64,000 nucleotides of DNA from Betaproteobacteria bacterium. GTDB taxonomy: Bacteria > Pseudomonadota > Gammaproteobacteria > Burkholderiales > SG8-39. The notes under the pieces are model-generated. The model was not told the DNA's origin and made no database searches. It saw only the letters and a program-made list of their open reading frames with translations. Below, piece by piece: positions 32,183 through 42,103 of the stretch. The translations under genes and the position numbers were made by a program. The stretch's first letter is position 1; each line of letters begins with the position of its first letter. The stretch lies in the NCBI GenBank assembly GCA_016177575.1, contig JACOVA010000030.1, positions 6,054 through 70,053 on the forward strand, given 5' to 3'.

Positions 32183-32571
32183 TTCGAATAGCGCGTGAAA
32201 AGAAGCAGCTTGCGCAGCGCGTAGTTGAAGCAGAAGACGACGCCGGCGGAAGCGACTTTGGCCATCTCGTAGGAAAGCGACAGGAGCTCCACGCCGACGT
32301 ATAGCACGAGCTGGTTGAGCGCCAGCCCCGCGAGCCCGATGAGGGTAAACACGCCGAACTCGAGGCGCGCGTCGGCGAGCCGCCGCTGGCTGAAGACCCA
32401 GCCGATCGACAGCGCGTAGATGGTCGCGAGGCCGAGCGCGAATCCGATCGGCGCCGCCGCCAGGTAGTACACGCCGCCGAGCCGGATCAGCCCCACGTAG
32501 ACGCCGAAATCCACGCCGAGCGCGATCGCGGATGCGACGAAATAGCGCGCTCCCTCGCGTGCCAGGCTCAT
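32179..32571 (-). CDS. GtrA-family small membrane protein
   Basis: 130 aa from ATG 32571, four hydrophobic helices, and [16 protein letters not shown]...[10 protein letters not shown] typical of GtrA. It overlaps both neighbours by 4 nt. Confidence 0.85.
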   Translation of the reverse strand: MSLAREGARYFVASAIALGVDFGVYVGLIRLGGVYYLAAAPIGFALGLATIYALSIGWVFSQRRLADARLEFGVFTLIGLAGLALNQLVLYVGVELLSLSYEMAKVASAGVVFCFNYALRKLLLFTRYSK

Positions 32572-34145
32572 TGTTCCGCTTTCAGCAGGAGCGAGGTGGC
32601 GGCGCTGCCGGGCGTCGCGCGCGCATGCACGGTGGCTCCCCGATTCGCCAGCGCACGCGCCCCCGCCTGCCACGCCGCATCGCTGAGCGTGTCCCGCGGG
32701 TGGTACCTGCTCAGGAAGACGTAGTCGGCGCCCGATTCGCGCACCGCGCGCCGATACGCCTCGGGCGCAAGCCCGGAGGCGGGCGCGGCGACTCCGCGCC
32801 GGTCTGCAAGCAGCGCAACATAGGAGGGGGCGACCCACATGACGCGGTCCGCGGGCCGGGTGAGCGCGCGGATCGCCTCCATGTCCGCAAACAGATCGAG
32901 CTGCACCTGGGCGCGCGCGCGCGCCGCGACGAGGTCGGGCGTGCGGTACCAGTCGGTAATCGCGGCGAACGGCGCCCCGGCGCGCGCGCGCTGCTGGATG
33001 AACGCGAGGGCAGGCAGCGTCAGGCTGAGCATCAGCAGCGTGAGCAGCGCATGGCCGAACCCGGGCGCGCGCCGCGCGGCCTGCAGTGCCCTGCCCGCCG
33101 CCAGGAAAGCGTACAGGATCAGCACCGGCACGATCGGGAACAGGAAGCGCCCCATCTGGTCGTAAAACGGCCAGGCGAGGAACATCGCCAGGTAGGCGGC
33201 GGCGATCCAGGCATCGGCCTTCCCCGCACGCAGCCGCAGCGCCATGCCCGCTAGCGCAAGGCAGCCGACCACTCCCGCCAGTACAGCGCGCACCGGTCGC
33301 CCTTCGACCCAGAAGATCAGCAGCGAGCCAACCCAGCCCTCGGTCACCGCGTTCATCTGCCTGAGCAGGCTCGCGCCGAGGGCCGTCAGCGGAGCCTCGC
33401 TACCCAGAAGGGCGCGCGCATGCTCGGCCACGATGCGCGCATAGCTGTCGGCGCTCTCGGCAGGTCGCAGCAGCACCCAGGCGGCATAAGCGCCCGCGGC
33501 GGCGAGCGCGGGAATTAGCGCCTGCGCGCGCGCCGCCGCGGATTGCGCGCGCTGCATCGCCGCCCAGATCGCGTACACCGCGATCAGCGGCAGCGCAGCG
33601 GTTCGCGTCAGCGCCATGGCGCAGAGCAGAAGCGCGAGCATGAGCTGCCTGCGCCAGCCGGCCGCGCTCGAATCGAGAACGTGCAGCGTCGCCAGCAGCA
33701 GCGCGCAAAACAGCGGCTCGCTGAGAATTCCCTTGGCATTGATCCAGACCGTCGGCAGCAGGACGACCGACAGGGAGGCTGCAGCCGCCGCGCCCCGGCT
33801 TTCGAGCCAGCGGACTCCGAGCCCATAAACCAGGGGCACCGATGCGGCAAGGATCAGCGCGGTAAGCACATGCGCCCGCGCCAGGTCGTGCGCGGCGCCG
33901 GCCAGCGCGAGTATCAGCGGGAACAGGGGCGGATAGGACGTCTCGCGCGCGAACGCTGACGCAACCGCCGGCGACGCCGGCTGAAACGGCGAGAACACCT
34001 GTGCCATGACGAGGTAGCTCACGCTGTCGTCGGCAAAGGTGGCAAGCGTCGTCTGCCGCACGAACGTCGCGCAGGCCAGCGCGAATGCCAGGGTCAAGGC
34101 CCCGACCGCGATCCACGGCAGCGCCGGCTGCCCGCGCGAGGTCAC
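32568..34145 (-). CDS. Polytopic membrane protein, GT-C-like putative glycosyltransferase (ArnT/PMT-like architecture)
   Basis: 525 aa with about 11 hydrophobic segments followed by a soluble C-terminal domain. An acidic first-loop motif [14 protein letters not shown]. Family not confirmed. Confidence 0.55.
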   Translation of the reverse strand: MTSRGQPALPWIAVGALTLAFALACATFVRQTTLATFADDSVSYLVMAQVFSPFQPASPAVASAFARETSYPPLFPLILALAGAAHDLARAHVLTALILAASVPLVYGLGVRWLESRGAAAAASLSVVLLPTVWINAKGILSEPLFCALLLATLHVLDSSAAGWRRQLMLALLLCAMALTRTAALPLIAVYAIWAAMQRAQSAAARAQALIPALAAAGAYAAWVLLRPAESADSYARIVAEHARALLGSEAPLTALGASLLRQMNAVTEGWVGSLLIFWVEGRPVRAVLAGVVGCLALAGMALRLRAGKADAWIAAAYLAMFLAWPFYDQMGRFLFPIVPVLILYAFLAAGRALQAARRAPGFGHALLTLLMLSLTLPALAFIQQRARAGAPFAAITDWYRTPDLVAARARAQVQLDLFADMEAIRALTRPADRVMWVAPSYVALLADRRGVAAPASGLAPEAYRRAVRESGADYVFLSRYHPRDTLSDAAWQAGARALANRGATVHARATPGSAATSLLLKAEQ

Positions 34146-34151
34146 GACGCG

Positions 34152-37040
34152 TCAACCGCCATCGGGCGCGCTTTCGGCAACCGCTTCCGTGGCAACCTCG
34201 GTCAGCACCCCCGCCACGGTCCGCGCCATTCGTTCCCAGGTGAACAGCCGGGCGCGCTCGAGGCCCCTTGCCACCAGCCGGCTTCGCACCTCGGGGTTCT
34301 GGATTTCGTCCATTGCGCTCGCCAGGCCGATGTAGTCCATGGGCTTGACGTAGATTGCCGCATCCGCCGCGACCTCGGGGAGGGAAGCTCGCATGGTCGT
34401 GATGACCGGGCAGCCGCTCGCCATCGCTTCGGCGACGGGCATGCCGAAGCCTTCGTAGATCGAGGGGTAGGCGAGTGCGATCGCGCCGCAGTAGGCGAGC
34501 CTCAGCTCTTCGTCGTCCAGCCGCAGCATGTAGCGCTCGCCTTCCGCGCGCAGCGCCTGCAGCTCCGGCTCGAGGTCGCGCTCCCCGCCCACGCACACCA
34601 CGGCGAATTGATGCCGGTCGCGCAGGGCGGCGAAGGCGCGCAAGAAGGTTTCCGCGTTCTTGTAGGTCTTGCGCGAGCCGACGACGAGGAAATAGGGGCG
34701 CTTAATTCCGTGCCGGCGCTTGAAGCCCTCGATCTCGGTAGCAGCGGCGGGCCGGAACAGCGGGCTGACGCCGCAATGCGCAACCGTGACCCGGGCGGGA
34801 TCGAGCGCGGGATAGAAGCCGCACAGATCGCGCGCCGTGCTGGCCGAAATCGCGACAAAGCGGCTCGCGTGGCGGATGCAGGACTCCTTCTCGCGCCACA
34901 TCGGATCGTTGAAGTCCGACCCCGCGACTTCCGGAATCATGTCATAGGCCATCATCACGCTGGGTGTCTCAAGCGGGCTCGTGTAGTAGGTCGAGGCAAA
35001 GACCGCCGCACCCTCCTCATCGCAAATCCGCTGCAGCATCGCGCGGTCCTCGGCAAGCCGGTCGTAGCAGTGCCTAGGCACCACTCGCCGCTTGACGCCC
35101 GGGATCGGCGGCGCCGTCTGCTCCCGGTCCAGCAAGATTACGCGATCGGCGAAGCCGCTCGCCACCCAGTGCTGAAGCAGCGACTGCCAGACGCGCGAGA
35201 TGCCGGTGTTGAATTCCTGGAAGAAAACGCCGTCGACGATCACCCGCTGCGCCCGTGCGCCTGCGCTCGCCCTGCGCACCGGGCGCGGCGCTGCGGTGCG
35301 CGGTCCGGAGGCAGGCGGCTCGATCTGCATCGGCCGCGCCTGCTCCCCGGCACACCAGGCGCGCCACATGCGGCGATACGCGGTCTCCAAGCTGCGCGCG
35401 CAATGCTCCGCATCCATCAGCGCCGAGCGCTCGAGGCGCCCGCGCAACTCGCCGCGCAGCTTGAGAAGCCTCTCGCGATCGCTCGCCAGCGCGGCAGCGG
35501 TCTGCACATAGCGGACTTCGCTCTCGGCGACCAGCTCGCGCATGCCGACGGTTTCCAGAATGCCTGCCGCGTTCCGCGATGCGGATGTGGCTCCCCGCAG
35601 GGTCACGACCGGCACGCCCATCCACAGCGAATCGAGCGCAGCCGCGGCCCCGGAGCAAGGATGGGCGTCGAGGCTGATATCGATCCGCCCGTGCAGCGCG
35701 TGCCGCGCCGGCGCGGAAAGCTCTCCGAGCACTTCGATACAGCCCGCGTCCGTCCCCGCGGAGGCGAACTTCCCGGCAATGCGCGCGGCGAGCCGGTCGG
35801 CACCGCGTGCTGCGACGACGAGCTTCGATCCCGGCACGCTGCAGAGGACCCGGGCCCAGAGCGCAATGGCCTCCGGCGTCAGCGCCTGCAGCTCATGCAG
35901 CGCGCCGAACGTGATCGTCCGTTGCGCGACCGAGGGCGGCGACCCCACCTCAGGCGCTCCAAACTCCGGCCGGTAGCACAGCTGGCCGCCCGCCAGGCGG
36001 ACCAGGCGCTCGCTGTAAAAGCGCTCCATGCCCTCCGGGCAGGCGTGGATGTCGGTGATGCGGTAATCCATCGCATCGAGCCCGGTCGTGCACGGGTAGC
36101 CGAGCCAGCCAACCTGGATAGGCGCAGGCTTGGCCGCAAATGCCGGCATGCGCAGCCCGCCAGCGGCGTGGCCGGCGAGATCCACCAGAAGATCGATGCG
36201 GTCGGCACGAAGCCCTTCGCTGAACTGCGCGTTGCTCAAGCCCGTAGTCGCGCGCCAGGTGACGTCGCGCGCGCGCAGCCGCCAGCTCACCGGGTCTTCC
36301 GCCGCCGCGTCCGAGTAGCAGAAGATCTCGAACCCGGACCGGTCGTGCCATGCCAGCACGGGCTGCAGGCAGAAGCCGACCGAGGAGTCCCTGAAATCCG
36401 CGGCGACGTAGCCTATCCTGAGTCGGCGTTCGGGCTGCCGGTCATTCTCGTGTCCCTGAAAGCGCGGTCCCCCGGCATGGCGCAACGCCCACGCCTTGTG
36501 CTCCTCATGCAGGCTTTGCGGGGTCAGATCCGGTATTGAATTGAGCGCCTGGAGCATCTCGCTGTGCGCCCGGTGCATCGAGGGATCGAGCTGCAGCGCG
36601 GTTCGAAGGCTCTGCACGGCATCGCGCGGCGACCCCGTCTCGCGCAATGCAGAGCCGAGCGCGGCGTGCCAATCCGCCCGGCCCGGATCGAGTTTCAGCG
36701 CCGAGCGCAGGGGCTCCCCGGCGTCGGCCGGCTGCCCGCGCTCGAGCAGCAGCGCGCCGAGGTTGAACCAGGCCTGCGCCAGAGCGGGCTCGCACGCCAC
36801 TGCATCGCGGTAGCACCGCAGCGCCTCGTCGCCTCTGCCGGCATGCTGCAGGACGAGGCCGAGATTGACGCTTGCCTTCGCGTGCCGGGGATCGAGGGCG
36901 AGCACCTTGCGCCAGCAGGATTCCGATTGCTCCAGCAGCCCCGCGTCCAGGCGCGCAACGCCGAGCAGGTACCACAGTCCGGCGTCGTCCGGCCGCGCCG
37001 CCACGGCGCGCTCGGCGGCGTCCAGGTCGGCGGACGTCAT
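34152..37040 (-). CDS. Tripartite TPR / GT41 (OGT-like) / GT4 glycosyltransferase fusion, 962 aa
   Basis: The start at ATG 37040 overlaps the upstream stop (ATGA). It has N-terminal TPRs and a GT41-like core (RLRIGYVAADF..., PIQVGWLGYPCTTGLDAMDYRITD, DAHPCSGAAAALDSLWMGVPVVTL). A C-terminal GT4 domain follows (YPSIYEGFGMPVAEAMASGCPVI). Confidence 0.85.
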   Translation of the reverse strand: MTSADLDAAERAVAARPDDAGLWYLLGVARLDAGLLEQSESCWRKVLALDPRHAKASVNLGLVLQHAGRGDEALRCYRDAVACEPALAQAWFNLGALLLERGQPADAGEPLRSALKLDPGRADWHAALGSALRETGSPRDAVQSLRTALQLDPSMHRAHSEMLQALNSIPDLTPQSLHEEHKAWALRHAGGPRFQGHENDRQPERRLRIGYVAADFRDSSVGFCLQPVLAWHDRSGFEIFCYSDAAAEDPVSWRLRARDVTWRATTGLSNAQFSEGLRADRIDLLVDLAGHAAGGLRMPAFAAKPAPIQVGWLGYPCTTGLDAMDYRITDIHACPEGMERFYSERLVRLAGGQLCYRPEFGAPEVGSPPSVAQRTITFGALHELQALTPEAIALWARVLCSVPGSKLVVAARGADRLAARIAGKFASAGTDAGCIEVLGELSAPARHALHGRIDISLDAHPCSGAAAALDSLWMGVPVVTLRGATSASRNAAGILETVGMRELVAESEVRYVQTAAALASDRERLLKLRGELRGRLERSALMDAEHCARSLETAYRRMWRAWCAGEQARPMQIEPPASGPRTAAPRPVRRASAGARAQRVIVDGVFFQEFNTGISRVWQSLLQHWVASGFADRVILLDREQTAPPIPGVKRRVVPRHCYDRLAEDRAMLQRICDEEGAAVFASTYYTSPLETPSVMMAYDMIPEVAGSDFNDPMWREKESCIRHASRFVAISASTARDLCGFYPALDPARVTVAHCGVSPLFRPAAATEIEGFKRRHGIKRPYFLVVGSRKTYKNAETFLRAFAALRDRHQFAVVCVGGERDLEPELQALRAEGERYMLRLDDEELRLAYCGAIALAYPSIYEGFGMPVAEAMASGCPVITTMRASLPEVAADAAIYVKPMDYIGLASAMDEIQNPEVRSRLVARGLERARLFTWERMARTVAGVLTEVATEAVAESAPDGG

Positions 37041-40000
37041 GCGGGTGCGCGCAGCCGTTTTTCCCCCATCTCGCGGTACGCATCCTCCAGCGCGCGCGTG
37101 AAGCGCGCCGCATCCAGCAGCGGCGAGGCGCGCATGCGCTCGCGCATTCCGGCGCGCAGCGCCCGCCGCTCGTCGAGCTGCCCCGCCAGGCGTAGCACGA
37201 TCGCGGCGTACTGCTCGGGTGTCGTGGCGACAAGCTCGGCGAGGCCGATGCTGCTCAGGATACTTGCGCCGGTCCTGGATGCGCAGGTCCGTCCGGCAAG
37301 CGTAACCACGGGCACGCCCATCCAGAGCGCCTCGCACGTAGCGCTCATGCCGGCGTACGGGAAGACATCCAGCGCGATGTCGATCTCGCGGTATGCCGCC
37401 AGTCGTCCGGCCGGTGAGAAATCCGGGACGTGCAGATCGAAGCGCTGCTCGGCAATGCCGTGGGCGAGCAGTTGTGCGCCCATATCGCGCCGCGCGCTCG
37501 CCGCGCTCAGGCCGTAACTGCCCAGAACCAGCCGCGCCTGCGGCTGCGCGAGCAGGATCTGCGCCCAGAGCGCGATCATGTGCGGCGTCATCGCCGCCAG
37601 CTCGTTGAAGCTGCCGAACGTGACGTGGCCGCTGCGCGACTGCGGGACCTCGCCCGCCTCGAGGCAATCGGGCTCGGGCTGATAGCAGAGAAAGCTTGCC
37701 GGCAGGCGAAGCAGTTTCTCGGCATGAAAGCGCTCGCTCTCCCCGCGCGGGTCCGCAACCGGATCGGTCAACCGATAGTCGATGGCATCCAGCCCCGTCG
37801 TGTCCGGGTAGCCGAGCCAGGTCGCCTGGACCGGGGCCGGCCTGCGGGCAAAAAGCAGCAGCCTGCCCCCGGCGGCATGGCCGGCCAGGTCGACGAGGAT
37901 GTCGATTCCGTCTGCGCGCACCTGGTCGGCCGCCTGCTCGTTGGCAAAACGCGAGATGTCGCGCCAGTGCGCGCACATGCCCCGCAGCCGCCGCGTCACC
38001 TCGTCTTCCTGCCCTCCGGTCGCGTAGCAGAACACCTGGAAAGCGGCTCGATCATGCGCCGCCAGCACCGGCTCGATAAAGGCGGCCAGCGGCCGGCGCG
38101 CGAAGTCCGGCGAAACGTAGCCGATATTCAGCCGCCGGCCGGGGCCCGTGTCCCGCAGCCGATGCGCGGTCGCGCGCAGCAATCCGCGCGCGTGCCGGTC
38201 CCGCCAGGAAACGTGCCGGTCTAAAAGCAGCTGCGCATCTTCGCCCTCGCGGAAATGCAGCGCCAGCAGCGACCGGGATTCCACGTCGGCGAGTCCCGGG
38301 TCGAGCTCGAGTGCCTTCGCCCAGGCGGCGCGCGCCTCCTCCACCCGTCCCGCGACCAGCAGCGCGCCCCCCAGGTCCGCATGCGCGCGCTCATAACCGG
38401 GGGCGATCTCGATGGCGGCGCGGAAATCCGCGATCGCCTCATCCAGTTGCAGCTCGCGGTAACGCAGGCTGCCCAGGTTGCAGCGCCAGTCCGCATGCCG
38501 GGTTTCGATGGCAAGCGCCCGGCTGACGTAGTCGATCGCCTGCTTCGTGTCGCCGAGCTGGCCGTAGACGTTGCCGAGATTGTAGAGCGCCTGCGCCATG
38601 GCCGGGTCGCGGCCGATCGCGCCGCGATAGCAGTCCACCGCCGCGGCAAGATTCCCGGCCGCCTCGAGCGCACAGCCAAGGTTGTTATGGGTCTTCGCCT
38701 GCGAATCGTCGAGCTCGAGCGCGCGGCGAAACGATGCGATCGCGTCCTCCGTCCTGCCCACGGCCTGGAGCGCGCATCCCAGCATGTAGTGAAAGGCGGC
38801 GACCCGGGGGTCGGCGGCGATCGCCCTGTTGATCCAGTCGATCGCCGCGCCGGGCGCATCGCCGTCAAAAGCGAGATCCCACTGCAGCGTCAGCGCATCG
38901 GGATGAGCAGGCGTTCCCGCCAGGATCTTTTCGCAGCGCGCGCGCGCTTCCGCCAGCCGTCCCGCGGCGCGCAGCCGGCGCGCCTGGCCGATCAGCTCGT
39001 TGTCCGACTCCTCGCCCGTGGCGCCGGGAACCGCCTCCGACCGCTTGCGCGTTTCCCACAGCTCGAGGTAGCAGCGCTCGAGCACGCGCGCGAACCCCTG
39101 CTCGTCCAGGAGCGGCGAGCTCCGCATCCGCTCGCGCAGGCCGCGGCGCAATTCCGCCAGATGCTCGATGTTGCCAGCGAGGCGGACGCTGGTCGCGATA
39201 TAAGCGTCGACCTCGTGCGTCAGGTACTGCTCGAGCCCCATGGCGTGCAGCAGGCTGGCGCCCATTCGTGCCGCGTGGCGGTCTCCGGCGAGCGAGACCA
39301 CCGGCACGCCCATCCACAGCGCCTCGCAGGTCGTGGTGGCGCCGTTGTACGGAAAGCTGTCGAGCGCGATATCGACCGAGTTGTAGATCGCGAGATGGTC
39401 CTTCACTCCCGCTTCCCATCCGCGCAGCTCGACCCGGGCCGGATCGATTCCGGCGTGCCGGAATCTGCCGCGCACCGAATCGGCGACGCTCTCGACCGAC
39501 AGCGGCCGGCCCTTCAGGATGAGGCGCGACCCGGGCACCTGCGCCAGCGTGCGGGCCGCGGCGTCCAGGAACGGCGCGGACAGTTTCGCGAAGTTGTTGA
39601 AGCAGCCGAACGTCACCGTGCCCTTGCTCAGCGCCGGCAGGGACGCGACCGCCGGACTGTCCGGCTCGGGCCGGTAGCAGAAATAACTCCTCGGCAGGCG
39701 CACCAGCCGCTCCGCCGTGTAGCGGTCCGCCTCGCCCGGCGGATCGGCCCAGGCGTCGGTAATGCGGTAGTCGACCGCGCCCAGCCCGGTGGTGTTCGGG
39801 TAGCCGAGATAGGTCGCCTGCAGCGAGGCCGGCTTCATCGCCAGCACCGGCATGCTGTTGCCAGCCGTATGCCCGGCAAGATCCACCAGGATGTCGATGC
39901 GATCCGCCCTGATGCGCTCGGCCAGCTCGCGCTCCGAAAGATCGTCGGCGTCGACCCAGTGCTCGGCCAGGGCGCGCAGCCTCCCGGTGACCGCATCCCT

Positions 40001-40846
40001 GCGGGGATTGGTGTGGTAGCAGGTGACCTCGAATCGGCCACGGTCGTGCCGCGCCAGTATCGGCTCCATGAACCGCATCACGACGTGCTCGCGGAAATCC
40101 GGCGACAGGTAGCCGAGGCGAAGCCTGCGCGGCCACGCCGGATCCGGCGCCGGCGCTTCGTAGCGCCGCGCGAAGCGCGCCCCGAAGCGCTGGTGCTCCG
40201 CGAAAATCGCCGCGGCATCCTCGTTGCAGCTGTAGTTCAGCTCGAGCAGGAGGTTGCTGTGGGTCGGCGCGTGGTCGGGCACCAATGCCAGGGCGCGCCG
40301 GTAGGTGGCGATGGCCTCGTCGGTCCTGCCGAATTCGCGATAGATGCCGGCGAGGTTGAAATGGACTTCCGGCACGTTCGGCAGAAGCGCCTGCAGCCGC
40401 TCCAGCTCGGGGAGCGCCTCCGGCCTGCGATTGAGCTCGATCAACGCTACCGCGTAGTTGTTGCGCAGCCTCGTGCAATCGGGTTGCAGGCCGAGGCAGA
40501 CACGATAGACCTCGATGGCTTCTTCAAAGCGGCGCGCATCGAGGAGCGCGGCGCCGAGCTCGAGCTGGTACAACGCCTCTCCGGGTCGCAGATCCACCGC
40601 CTGCTGAAAAAGCGCGATCGCCTCCTGCTGCCTGCGGTCGCGCACCGCCATGCGGCCGAGGAAATAGAGCGCGTCGGTGTGCGCCGGATCGCTCTCGAGC
40701 ACGCGGCGGTACAGGCGATCGGCGCCCGCGGGATCTCCCCTGCACTCGCATTCATAACCCGCGCGCAGCCACTCTTCCGGTCCTTCGGGCCCGGCAGCGC
40801 GCGCAGGCGACGGCTCGGCGCGAAGCACCCGCTTCAACCAGTTCAT
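37037..40846 (-). CDS. Tandem (TPR-GT41)x2 protein, 1269 aa
   Basis: Two colinear copies of a TPR array plus GT41-like core. Module 1 has LGYLSPDFREH..., LQATYLGYPNTTGLGAVDYRITD and FPYNGATTTCEALWMGVPVVSL. Module 2 has IGYVSPDFARR..., VQATWLGYPDTTGLDAIDYRLTD and FPYAGMSATCEALWMGVPVVTL. Confidence 0.85.
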   Translation of the reverse strand: MNWLKRVLRAEPSPARAAGPEGPEEWLRAGYECECRGDPAGADRLYRRVLESDPAHTDALYFLGRMAVRDRRQQEAIALFQQAVDLRPGEALYQLELGAALLDARRFEEAIEVYRVCLGLQPDCTRLRNNYAVALIELNRRPEALPELERLQALLPNVPEVHFNLAGIYREFGRTDEAIATYRRALALVPDHAPTHSNLLLELNYSCNEDAAAIFAEHQRFGARFARRYEAPAPDPAWPRRLRLGYLSPDFREHVVMRFMEPILARHDRGRFEVTCYHTNPRRDAVTGRLRALAEHWVDADDLSERELAERIRADRIDILVDLAGHTAGNSMPVLAMKPASLQATYLGYPNTTGLGAVDYRITDAWADPPGEADRYTAERLVRLPRSYFCYRPEPDSPAVASLPALSKGTVTFGCFNNFAKLSAPFLDAAARTLAQVPGSRLILKGRPLSVESVADSVRGRFRHAGIDPARVELRGWEAGVKDHLAIYNSVDIALDSFPYNGATTTCEALWMGVPVVSLAGDRHAARMGASLLHAMGLEQYLTHEVDAYIATSVRLAGNIEHLAELRRGLRERMRSSPLLDEQGFARVLERCYLELWETRKRSEAVPGATGEESDNELIGQARRLRAAGRLAEARARCEKILAGTPAHPDALTLQWDLAFDGDAPGAAIDWINRAIAADPRVAAFHYMLGCALQAVGRTEDAIASFRRALELDDSQAKTHNNLGCALEAAGNLAAAVDCYRGAIGRDPAMAQALYNLGNVYGQLGDTKQAIDYVSRALAIETRHADWRCNLGSLRYRELQLDEAIADFRAAIEIAPGYERAHADLGGALLVAGRVEEARAAWAKALELDPGLADVESRSLLALHFREGEDAQLLLDRHVSWRDRHARGLLRATAHRLRDTGPGRRLNIGYVSPDFARRPLAAFIEPVLAAHDRAAFQVFCYATGGQEDEVTRRLRGMCAHWRDISRFANEQAADQVRADGIDILVDLAGHAAGGRLLLFARRPAPVQATWLGYPDTTGLDAIDYRLTDPVADPRGESERFHAEKLLRLPASFLCYQPEPDCLEAGEVPQSRSGHVTFGSFNELAAMTPHMIALWAQILLAQPQARLVLGSYGLSAASARRDMGAQLLAHGIAEQRFDLHVPDFSPAGRLAAYREIDIALDVFPYAGMSATCEALWMGVPVVTLAGRTCASRTGASILSSIGLAELVATTPEQYAAIVLRLAGQLDERRALRAGMRERMRASPLLDAARFTRALEDAYREMGEKRLRAPA

Positions 40847-40903
40847 TGCATCGCCCCGACGGCTGGTAACATTGAAATCGAGGACGTCAACCAGAGGTCA
40901 GAC

Positions 40904-41197
40904 ATGTCCAAAGGGCCAGGCTCCCGCGACGTGGCGGATTTTGCCACCGAACTGGTGCTGGAGTTTTCCAAGCGCTGCCCGCCCGAGCTCGCCGAGCGCT
41001 CGACGATGGCCGTCGCGCGCGCGATTGACGAAATCTGCAACCGCGCGGCGGCGCTTCAGCGCGAGCAGCACCTCGGCATCTACGGCAGGGCGAAGTTCGG
41101 CACCGAGTTCAAGCTCCGGCTCAAGGACGCCGGATACGTGCCGGAGTTCGTGGACGAGCTTACCACCAAGCTGCTGATCAGCATGTCGGGAAAATAG
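40904..41197 (+). CDS. Hypothetical 97-aa protein
   Basis: This is the only plausible part of the long antisense ORF 38255..41197. ATG at 40904 with AGAGG 8 nt upstream. Native codon bias, non-low-complexity sequence, and 18 nt upstream of the FkbM gene. No motif recognised. Confidence 0.45.
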   Translation: MSKGPGSRDVADFATELVLEFSKRCPPELAERSTMAVARAIDEICNRAAALQREQHLGIYGRAKFGTEFKLRLKDAGYVPEFVDELTTKLLISMSGK

Positions 41198-41215
41198 CCG
41201 TCCCAGCAGTCCTGA

Positions 41216-42097
41216 ATGAATTCCGACAAGCTCCACCGCGTCGGGCCGTTCGAGCTGATCCTGCCGCCCGATCACATGCTCGACCGGTATCAGAAGCAAT
41301 ATCACCTCTACGACTGGGTCCTCGGCGAGCTCGCCGTCCTGCTGCTGGCAAAATATCCGGACGCGGCGGCGATCGATATCGGCGCCAACGTCGGCGACAC
41401 GGCTGCGGTACTCTGCCGCAAGCAGGAAATCCCGGTGCTGTGCGTCGAGGGCCATCCGCATTTTGTCGCCTACCTGCGCCGCAATCTGGCGCGCCTTCCC
41501 GCCTGCATCGAATTCGCCGAATGCCTGGTGGGCGCTCGCTCCGGCTCGATATCGGCGGCGAGCTTCATCGCCGACCACGGCACCGCCGCTATCGACAGCG
41601 CCGCCGGCGGGCGCGAAAACGATCGGCGCATTCCGGTGCGCCCTCTTGCCGATATCCTTCGCGAGCACCCTCGCTTCCAGCGCTCGCGGCTGCTGAAGAC
41701 CGATACCGACGGCTCCGATTTCGAGATCCTGGGATCGTCGCTCGACGCGTTGCGCGATACCCACCCGGTGCTTTTCTTCGAGTACGACCCGACCCTGCGC
41801 CCGGACGGTGCGAAAGCCGCAGCCGACACGATCTCCGGGCTAGTGCAGGCGGGCTACGGGCGCTTCCTGCTGCATGACAACTACGGCCACTTTGCCGGCA
41901 GCATCGACGCGGACTGCAGGGAGAAATTCCTCTCCCTCGATCGCTACCTGTTCTCGAACCTCTATTTCGGCAGGCGCATCTACTACTACGATGTCTGCGC
42001 GTTCTGCCCGGCCGACTTCGACCTGTGCGGCGAGCTGGAGACCACGCACCGTCTTCTGATCGAGGCGGCGTTGCGCGAGGACGGCAGAGTTTTCTAA
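41216..42097 (+). CDS. FkbM-family methyltransferase
   Basis: AIDIGANVGDTAAV and LLKTDTDGSDFEIL motifs typical of the FkbM family. Confidence 0.85.
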   Translation: MNSDKLHRVGPFELILPPDHMLDRYQKQYHLYDWVLGELAVLLLAKYPDAAAIDIGANVGDTAAVLCRKQEIPVLCVEGHPHFVAYLRRNLARLPACIEFAECLVGARSGSISAASFIADHGTAAIDSAAGGRENDRRIPVRPLADILREHPRFQRSRLLKTDTDGSDFEILGSSLDALRDTHPVLFFEYDPTLRPDGAKAAADTISGLVQAGYGRFLLHDNYGHFAGSIDADCREKFLSLDRYLFSNLYFGRRIYYYDVCAFCPADFDLCGELETTHRLLIEAALREDGRVF

Positions 42098-42103
42098 CCG
42101 CGC

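Noticed and set aside
38255-41197. 980-aa plus-strand ORF antisense to the (TPR-GT41)x2 gene
   Set aside because: Only the last 97 codons (40904-41197) lie outside the TPR-GT41 gene and have a plausible ATG and RBS. The rest mirrors the opposite-strand codons.
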